A DNA stretch of 64,000 bases, taken from Candidatus Latescibacterota bacterium (GTDB lineage: Bacteria > Latescibacterota > UBA2968 > GCA-2709665). Both the position numbers and the translations under genes were made by a program. The notes beneath the pieces are model-generated. The model did no database searches and was not told the DNA's origin. It saw only the letters and a list, made by a program, of their open reading frames with translations. The stretch lies in the NCBI GenBank assembly GCA_965219455.1, contig OZ244744.1:2080001-2144000 (forward strand), written 5' to 3'. Position 1 is the stretch's first letter; each line of letters begins with the position of its first letter. Positions 57,212 to 64,000 of the stretch are shown in pieces.

Positions 57212-57721
57212 ATGCCCTACGAGGACCACAAAAAGCAGGCACAGGGCGCCGTTAACTGCGCCGTTCTCACCATCAGCGACACGCGGACGGAAGCCGACGA
57301 CAAGAGTGGCAGGATTGTCAGAGATCTGCTGGAAACCGGCGGTCACACGACGGGTTTTTACCAGGTCGTCCCCGACGACCCCGCCCGCATCCGGGATCTG
57401 ATCATCCAGATTGCTGACAGAGCAGATTGCCAGGCCATTCTGACCAGCGGGGGCACGGGAATCGCGGCCCGGGATACGACCTACGAAGCCGTGGTCGGCC
57501 TGCTTGAAAAACGGTTGGACGGCTTCGGTGAACTCTTCCGCTTCCTGAGCTGGGATGACATCGGCTCTGGCGCTATGCTCTCTCGCGCCGTCGCTGGCGT
57601 TTACCGCGACACGATGATATTCTGCATGCCCGGTTCCTCCGGCGCTGTACGCCTCGCTATGGAGAAACTGGTGGTTCCCGAACTCGCACACCTGGTCTGG
57701 GAAATCTGGCGCCAGAAATAA
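57212..57721 (+). CDS. moaB: Molybdenum cofactor biosynthesis protein MoaB/MogA
   Basis: TISDTR, DKSG, TSGGTGIAARD.TYEA, LSRA, MPGS; RBS GAGGAGG. Confidence 0.92.
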   Translation: MPYEDHKKQAQGAVNCAVLTISDTRTEADDKSGRIVRDLLETGGHTTGFYQVVPDDPARIRDLIIQIADRADCQAILTSGGTGIAARDTTYEAVVGLLEKRLDGFGELFRFLSWDDIGSGAMLSRAVAGVYRDTMIFCMPGSSGAVRLAMEKLVVPELAHLVWEIWRQK

Positions 57722-57915
57722 CGCTCCATCACACGGACCTGCAGGAGCCCACACACCCTGCCGGCGTTTTCCTCCACGCTTTCGAATTCTTGTATCAATT
57801 GTGCGACTTCGCGCAAACATGCCCGATTCCAGGCAAACCCCGCAGCCACATTGATCCGCAATACGGCGTCTGGATGTGTTCGTTTTAAGCCATTCGCCTT
57901 TAATTACAGGATGCC

Positions 57916-59259
57916 ATGCCCACACGCGCGATCCATCTACTTGTGCTACTTGCCTTCGTCGCATGCGCGCGGTTCGCCCGCACCCACGAAGCCGGAATTC
58001 CCAGTCTATTCAACGCATCTTACGACACGGCCGCCCACGATGCCCTTCCCTCTCCCGTGCCGGATCGCATTGTACTCACGTGGGCCGGCGATCCGGCGAC
58101 TTCTCAGGCGGTCACCTGGCGAACCGACGCAACCGACTCCGTAGCCGTCGTCGAAATTGCCCCCGCCACGGCATCTCCCCGGTTCATGCTCAATGCTCGA
58201 AAGATCCCGGCGCGCACTAAGTCCGTCACTACGGAAAACGGCTCCGCACACTATCATTCCGCAGTCATTGACGACCTCCAGCCTGGCACCCTCTACGCGT
58301 ACCGCGTAGGCAACGACGACATGTGGAGCGAATGGTTTCAATTCCGGACGGCCACGGATGAACCCGCACCCTTTTCCTTCATTTACCTCGGCGACGCCCA
58401 GAACAATATCCTGTCGCTCTGGTCCCGAACCATCCGTGCCGCCTATGCGAACGCGCCCCACGCAAGCTTCATTCTACACGCGGGCGACCTGGTCAACCGC
58501 GCCAACAGCGACGGCGAGTGGGGTGAATGGTTCCGGGCCGGCGCCTTTCTCCATGCAACCATCAACGCCGTTCCCACTCCGGGTAACCACGAATACACCA
58601 AAGACCAGCACGGCGTCCGTCGCCTTTCCCGCCTCTGGCGCCCCCATTTCACACTGCCTCAAAACGGCCCCGAGGGCCTGGAAGAGACCGTTTATTATAT
58701 AGACTACCAGGGTGCCCGCATCATCTCCCTCAATTCCAACGAAGAACGCGGCGACCAGGTACTCTGGCTGGAAACCGTCCTCCGGGAAAATCCGAACCGA
58801 TGGACACTTGTCACGTTCCATCATCCAGTCTACGCCACGGGAGAAGGCAGGGACAACAAAACGTTGCGTGACCTGTGGAAACCATTGTTCGACAGATACC
58901 GGGTAGACCTCGTACTACAGGGACACGACCACACCTACGGCCGCGGTTCCAATCTCCCAACGGGCGCCATTGCCCGTAACGACGGAGACGGCACCGTCTA
59001 CGTCGTCTCCGTGAGCGGACCTAAACAGTACAAACTCACGTCAAAACGGTGGTGGCGACGCGCCGCCGAAAACACCCAGCTCTACCAGACCATCGAGGTG
59101 GACGGGGACACCCTGCGGTACGAAGCCCGAACGGCCACGTCCGAACTCTACGACGCATTCGACCTTATCAAACAAAGGGACGCTCCCAACATGCTCGTGG
59201 ACCGCATACCAGACACCCCGCCACGCACTCACCGAAACACCATCGGTGGTCGAGACTAG
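57916..59259 (+). CDS. Secreted purple acid phosphatase-family metallophosphoesterase with FN3-like N-domain
   Basis: Signal-like N-terminus; YLGDAQ, HAGDLV, PGNHEY, FHHP, QGHDH.Y.R. Confidence 0.9.
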   Translation: MPTRAIHLLVLLAFVACARFARTHEAGIPSLFNASYDTAAHDALPSPVPDRIVLTWAGDPATSQAVTWRTDATDSVAVVEIAPATASPRFMLNARKIPARTKSVTTENGSAHYHSAVIDDLQPGTLYAYRVGNDDMWSEWFQFRTATDEPAPFSFIYLGDAQNNILSLWSRTIRAAYANAPHASFILHAGDLVNRANSDGEWGEWFRAGAFLHATINAVPTPGNHEYTKDQHGVRRLSRLWRPHFTLPQNGPEGLEETVYYIDYQGARIISLNSNEERGDQVLWLETVLRENPNRWTLVTFHHPVYATGEGRDNKTLRDLWKPLFDRYRVDLVLQGHDHTYGRGSNLPTGAIARNDGDGTVYVVSVSGPKQYKLTSKRWWRRAAENTQLYQTIEVDGDTLRYEARTATSELYDAFDLIKQRDAPNMLVDRIPDTPPRTHRNTIGGRD

Positions 59260-59279
59260 ACTGGCCGAACATGGACCAC

Positions 59280-59518
59280 GCTTCCTCAAGCGCCCTTCGA
59301 CAGCCTCAGGAACCGGCGCCTGCGACCTGAGCCGCTCCCTGAGCTTGTCGATGGGTCGGCGAAGGGCGTAGAAGGATTCCAAACAGGTGACGAAACACGG
59401 GCATTTCGACAAGCTCAATGACCACGTTCCGAATTGCTCAGTGCGTGCAACGCCGCGAGACCTGCCTGCTGAAGCATGCGAGGCAGGCGGAAGTATGGTG
59501 ACAGAATACCGGGAAAGG
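59280..59518. repeat. REP-like cluster (CTTCGACA.CTCAG / CTGAGCTTGTCGA) plus a unit shared with 32339-32407
   Basis: CTTCGACAGCCTCAGG, CCTGAGCTTGTCGA, TTCGACAAGCTCA, GGCGGAAGTATGGTGACA. Confidence 0.7.
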
Positions 59519-59541
59519 ACACCAGCCAACCGGGAGGGATT

Positions 59542-60495
59542 ATGCCGAGGGTGGGGCTGATCGCGCATCCTGATTTTTCGCAGCATGAAACCGGTTCCGG
59601 GCACCCGGAACGACCTGAGAGGCTCCACGCAATCCAAAGACGATTGGATGAAACCGGTCTCCAAGGCCGGCTCTTTGACATCGCGCCGAGAATGCTTGAA
59701 GCCGGCTGGCTGGAGAAAGTCCACACTTCCCGGCATATCGCCGATGTACAACGCCGGTGCGAACAGAACATGCGCCTCATGGACGCAGCCGACACCTTTA
59801 TATGCCCTGCATCCTTCAACGTTGGCCGTCTCGCGGCAGGTGCAGCCTGCGAGGCGGTTGACGCCGTCATGAATAGCCGTGCCGACGCCGTATTCTGCGC
59901 CACGCGTCCACCGGGCCATCATGCGGAACGCGACACGGCGATGGGCTTCTGCCTGTTCAACAACGTGGCCGTCGCCGCGCGATACATCCAGTCTGCCCAC
60001 CGTCTGGAACGCATCCTGATCGTTGACTGGGACGTGCATCACGGAAACGGTACGCAGCACATCTTCGAAGAAGACCCCACCGTTTTCTACTTCAGTACCC
60101 ATCAGTACCCCCACTATCCGTGGTTTAGCGGCAGCAGCGGCGAAATGGGAATCGGCGCAGGTAAAGGAGCGAACCTGAACGCGCCCCTGCCCGCCGGGGC
60201 GGGCGACGAACAATACCTTCGCGCGTTCGACGAACTACTGGCCCCGGCAATGGAACGTTTCCGCCCGGAATTCGTCATCGTCTCCGCGGGATTCGACGCG
60301 CACGTCGACGACCCCCTGTCCGCCACACAGGTCACCGAAGAAGGATTCGCCGAAATGACGCGCCGGGCACAGAAAATCGCAAGGATCTACGCCAACGATC
60401 ATCTGATTTCGGTTCTGGAAGGCGGCTACGACCTCAACGGCCTCGCCCGTAGCGTCGAATACCACTTAAGCGCCCTTTTGGAAAACGGTGAGTAG
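59542..60495 (+). CDS. Histone deacetylase family (Zn-dependent deacylase)
   Basis: HPERPERL, RPPGHHA, GFCLFNN, DWDVHHGNGT, SAGFDAH, LEGGY. Confidence 0.95.
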   Translation: MPRVGLIAHPDFSQHETGSGHPERPERLHAIQRRLDETGLQGRLFDIAPRMLEAGWLEKVHTSRHIADVQRRCEQNMRLMDAADTFICPASFNVGRLAAGAACEAVDAVMNSRADAVFCATRPPGHHAERDTAMGFCLFNNVAVAARYIQSAHRLERILIVDWDVHHGNGTQHIFEEDPTVFYFSTHQYPHYPWFSGSSGEMGIGAGKGANLNAPLPAGAGDEQYLRAFDELLAPAMERFRPEFVIVSAGFDAHVDDPLSATQVTEEGFAEMTRRAQKIARIYANDHLISVLEGGYDLNGLARSVEYHLSALLENGE

Positions 60496-60623
60496 ACTGC
60501 AGCTATTCTGAATCCGATCACGTGCCGACGGAACCTTTAACTCGATTCAGTCGTCTACTACTTCGACTGCCCGCACTTCGGCCGTCATCGGTCGTTTGCG
60601 TCGAACCCGTCCATGGAGGTTCA

Positions 60624-61493
60624 GTGAGCACAAACGATCCCGTTGTTGCATTCCAGGGAGAAATGGGCGCCTTCAGCGAAATGGCCGCCCGCAGTTACTT
60701 TTACGAGAACGTCCATGTGGCCCCACAGCCCGATTTCGAAGGCCTATTCAACGCGGTCTCCGGCGGCGTATGCACGCACGGCATGGTACCCATAGAGAAT
60801 TCCCTCATGGGAAGCATCCACGAAAACTACGATCTGCTCCTCCGGCAGGATCTCTACATCGTGGGCGAAATCAAGCTGCGCATCATGCACAACCTCATTG
60901 TCAATCCCGGCGTCAGGATGGAAGACGTCAGACAGATCTACTCACAGGCGCCTGCCCTGGCGCAGTGTACCGAGTTCATTCGATCCAAGAAAGGTGTCGA
61001 AACTGTCGTTGCCCACGACACGGCCGGCGCCGTCAAACAGATCAAGGAAGAGAACGCAAGAGATGCCGCTGCCATCGCCAGCGCACAGGCGGCCATCGAC
61101 TACGACCTGGAAATCCTTCGGGAGGGTCTTGAAAACGACCATCGGAATTACACCCGGTTTCTGGTCGTTGCCTCCGAACCTGCTGAACCCGTCGGACCCG
61201 CAAAAACCACCGTCGTCTATGCACTGGATCACATCCCCGGTGCCCTTTTCAAGAGTCTGGGCGTATTTGCGATGCGGGATATCAACCTGCTCAAAATCGA
61301 ATCGCGCCCGTTAAGCGGCCGGCCCTGGGAGTATGTCTTCTACCTGGATTTTGAAGGCCATCTGTCAAGTGAAAAAAACCGACAGGCGGTTGAGCACCTC
61401 GAACAAATGGCCAGCTTCCTCAAAATCCTCGGCTCCTACACGCATGGCAAGACTGTCGAAGGCAGTTTGCGGGAAAAGAGGGTAGCCCCATGA
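60624..61493 (+). CDS. pheA: Prephenate dehydratase with ACT domain
   Basis: AFQGEMGAFSE, PIENS, ALAQC, NYTRF, GALFK.L, KIESRP; GTG 60624 after RBS GGAGG. Confidence 0.94.
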   Translation: MSTNDPVVAFQGEMGAFSEMAARSYFYENVHVAPQPDFEGLFNAVSGGVCTHGMVPIENSLMGSIHENYDLLLRQDLYIVGEIKLRIMHNLIVNPGVRMEDVRQIYSQAPALAQCTEFIRSKKGVETVVAHDTAGAVKQIKEENARDAAAIASAQAAIDYDLEILREGLENDHRNYTRFLVVASEPAEPVGPAKTTVVYALDHIPGALFKSLGVFAMRDINLLKIESRPLSGRPWEYVFYLDFEGHLSSEKNRQAVEHLEQMASFLKILGSYTHGKTVEGSLREKRVAP

Positions 61494-62659
61494 ACCTGGC
61501 GGGCAGGATGGCGCAGCTTGGCACCGAATCTGCGTTCGAAGTCCTGGTCAAAGCGCGAAACCTCGAAGCCCAGGGCAGAGATGTGGTCCACCTTGAAATC
61601 GGCGAACCCGATTTCGATACACCGCCCCATATTGTCGATGCCGCCCAACAGGCGCTTCATTCGGGTTATACGCACTACGGTCCTCCGATGGGCCTGCCGG
61701 AACTCCGCGAAGCCATCGCGAAGGATGTTTCCCGGTTCCGGGGAATTTCAGTCAATCCGGATCAGGTTGTGGTCACCCCGGGCGCCAAACCGATTATGTT
61801 CTACGCCATTCTGGCCCTTGCCCAGCCAGGAGACGAGGTTATCTATCCCGACCCCGGGTTTCCAATCTACGAGTCCGTAATCAGATTTGCGGGCGCCCAA
61901 CCGGTACCGATTGCCCTCAAAGAGGAACGCGCCTTCAGTCTCGACATGAACGAACTTGCTGATCTGATCACGGAGCGCACCCGGCTTCTCATCATCAATT
62001 CCCCTCAAAACCCCACCAGTGGCATCATTCCACCGGGAGACCTGGAGGCGATCGCGGAAATCGTCGTCGACAAGGGCATCCCGGTCCTTGCCGACGAGAT
62101 CTATTCCCGTATCCTGTACGAAGGCGAATTCCACAGCATATCCGTTTACGAGGGCATGCAGGACCAGACCATCATCCTGGACGGCTTCTCCAAGACCTAC
62201 GCCATGACGGGATGGCGCATCGGTTACGGGGTGATGCCGCGAAGCCTTGCGGATAAGTTCGGCCTCCTGATGGTCAACAGCAATTCCTGCACTGCGTCGT
62301 TCACCCAACGCGCCGCCCTGGCCGCACTCCAGGGTCCGCAGGATGACGTCCACGCGATGGTGGCTGAATTCAGACGGCGGCGGGATATCTTTGTCTCAGG
62401 ACTCCGCGAAATTCCGGGCATTCGCTGCCCACGCCCCGGCGGTGCATTCTACCTCTTTCCTAATGTCTCAGACCTGGGTCTCTCTTCACAGAAATTCGCC
62501 GACCACCTCCTGTACGAAGGAAATGTCGCGGCTCTATCCGGACATGACTTCGGCGCCCGTGGCGAAGGCCACCTCCGCTTCTCCTACGCCAATTCGATCG
62601 AAAATATCCAAAAGGCTCTGAACCGCATCGGAGATTGCGTGCGGAAAATCCGGGGATAA
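61490..62659 (+). CDS. Class I/II PLP-dependent (aspartate-type) aminotransferase
   Basis: GEPDFDTP, NSPQNPTS, ADEIY, GFSKTYAMTGWRIG, LRFSYA. Confidence 0.94.
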   Translation: MNLAGRMAQLGTESAFEVLVKARNLEAQGRDVVHLEIGEPDFDTPPHIVDAAQQALHSGYTHYGPPMGLPELREAIAKDVSRFRGISVNPDQVVVTPGAKPIMFYAILALAQPGDEVIYPDPGFPIYESVIRFAGAQPVPIALKEERAFSLDMNELADLITERTRLLIINSPQNPTSGIIPPGDLEAIAEIVVDKGIPVLADEIYSRILYEGEFHSISVYEGMQDQTIILDGFSKTYAMTGWRIGYGVMPRSLADKFGLLMVNSNSCTASFTQRAALAALQGPQDDVHAMVAEFRRRRDIFVSGLREIPGIRCPRPGGAFYLFPNVSDLGLSSQKFADHLLYEGNVAALSGHDFGARGEGHLRFSYANSIENIQKALNRIGDCVRKIRG

Positions 62660-62762
62660 CACGTCGTTTCAATCATGAAGCTCCGGTTGAAGGGTTCCGG
62701 GAGCTTATCGACAAAATGAGGCGAGCCCGACGTTTCAACGGGAAACCCGGCTCGCGGGCCGC

Positions 62763-62808
62763 ACACAAACAGCCCCGACAACGAAAAGTTTTCGGGGCTT
62801 TGTGTTTT
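62763..62808. terminator. Probable terminator hairpin between convergent genes
   Basis: ACACAAA.AGCCCCGA...TCGGGGCTTTGTGT followed by TTT. Confidence 0.55.
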
Positions 62809-62882
62809 GGGGGCGGGCGGGGATCCGTTTCACCCGTTCGAAGGTGAATGAAAAACCCGCGGGATCCTGTTCTCCAGGCGAT

Positions 62883-64000
62883 TTACCACATCACGCGAAA
62901 AGATGTCGCCGTGCTCACCTCCTGCCGGCTGTTCAAATCCAGAACATTCACGCGGAATTCCCTGGGCCCGGGGAACGTCTCCAGGTTCAACACCTGGTAA
63001 ATCGGCTCCCACGCCTGCGATCCCTTGTGGGTGTAGGAAACCGCCGTGGTCCATTCCGGCTCCTCCGCCGCCTCGTCTTCCTTTACGTTTCGGATCTGGT
63101 AGGTCACCTGATAGTTGGTGGCGCCGAACCGATCTTTCTTCAGATTGTAAATTTCATAGTAGAAATACGCCTGCGCGCCCTGCTGATACTGTTTGAGCGG
63201 ATTGGGCAGAATGAGGTAACGCTCCCGACCGTAAGTCGCTTGCTCCCTTTCAACAATTCGACGCGCAAGCAGCATATCGCTCACACTCAACGAATCGAAT
63301 CCGAATGTCCCAACCCGCAACACGCTCCGAAACGTACCTATCGATTTTGTCTTCCGGTCCTCAGCCTCTGCCGCGATGAAATATTTCCCCGGCGCCAGCA
63401 TCAGCTTCTCGCTGGCAAACAGATATCCTTCCCGGGTCGCCGCATATTGTACCCACGGCATCACGTCCACCCTTCCGACGTCCTTCCTCAACGTATCCCA
63501 ATTGGCGTCGAACAGGAACAGACCCTGGCGTATTTCCACGGCCTGCGCCCCGGTTTGCGCTTCTATGTGTTGAACTTCCTCTCCCGGAAGCGCGTAATAT
63601 ACCTCCACTCTGGCCTTGTCACCGTCCCCTCGAAATCGGGCCATCTGGTAAGGCGCATCGTACCGCACCCATTTATATGGATCTTTATAGTACTCCGGTA
63701 CCTTTGTCGTCATCACGTCGAAATCCACCAGCCGATTCCCCAACCAGCCCACCCGATAGCGCCAGGTATCCCGCCCATCCGTATTTGCAAACAGCAGACG
63801 AAATCCGCCGTAGTCCCACAACTCCAGACGGGGACGATGTTTATACGGCGTGGATCCCTGCTGATTCAGCCAATACAGATGATCCTGGTACCACACCGGC
63901 TCATCCAGGCCGGTATCGATCTCGGGCGGACGGACACTCCTCGCCTCCGGACGTCCATACCGGATATACGCCTGTCCCTTGTCCGTCGTCCAGCCCGCAA
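62883..64000 (-). CDS. GWxTD domain-containing protein (5' part beyond the window)
   Basis: The frame stays open to the window edge and reads AGWTTDKGQAYIRYGRPE; C-terminal region with SVSDMLLA..PNP and YFYYEIYNL. Confidence 0.88.
   Translation of the reverse strand, partial: AGWTTDKGQAYIRYGRPEARSVRPPEIDTGLDEPVWYQDHLYWLNQQGSTPYKHRPRLELWDYGGFRLLFANTDGRDTWRYRVGWLGNRLVDFDVMTTKVPEYYKDPYKWVRYDAPYQMARFRGDGDKARVEVYYALPGEEVQHIEAQTGAQAVEIRQGLFLFDANWDTLRKDVGRVDVMPWVQYAATREGYLFASEKLMLAPGKYFIAAEAEDRKTKSIGTFRSVLRVGTFGFDSLSVSDMLLARRIVEREQATYGRERYLILPNPLKQYQQGAQAYFYYEIYNLKKDRFGATNYQVTYQIRNVKEDEAAEEPEWTTAVSYTHKGSQAWEPIYQVLNLETFPGPREFRVNVLDLNSRQEVSTATSFRVMW

Overview
About 60% GC bacterial chromosome segment. 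GWxTD, PorV-like, PASTA and heparinase II/III-like gene expansions suggest an FCB-group lineage such as Latescibacterota or a relative, possibly a sponge symbiont; this is inference. From left to right: (1) 1-3650, the edge of a defence island with the 5' end of a probable Dam-family methylase, a DUF6527-like remnant, a conserved hypothetical gene and a PtuAB/Septu-like ATPase + HNH pair, closed by a strong terminator. (2) A cysK/yeiH chimeric deletion scar. (3) 4.3-25.8 kb, a carbohydrate/acid-sugar catabolic cluster with three giant heparinase II/III-like proteins, two Gfo/Idh/MocA proteins, an enolase-superfamily enzyme, a DHDPS-like enzyme, a sugar isomerase, three GHL10-like paralogs and an HD protein. 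It is interrupted by a redoxin gene with archaeal-type codon usage, flanked by a diverged duplicate of the neighbouring gene's 3' end. (4) A complete IS1380-family element inserted at the rpe stop codon. (5) Housekeeping genes: rpe, PASTA protein, an RluA-like protein lacking the catalytic Asp, fau, uppS-cdsA-dxr-rseP. (6) A dcw cluster mraZ..ftsZ that lacks mraY, murD and ddl and carries a 127-bp MITE between murG and murC. (7) Metabolic genes (opine dehydrogenase, moaB, purple acid phosphatase, HDAC, pheA, aminotransferase) and a partial GWxTD gene. Several small dispersed repeat families occur between genes. No rRNA, tRNA or CRISPR was seen.
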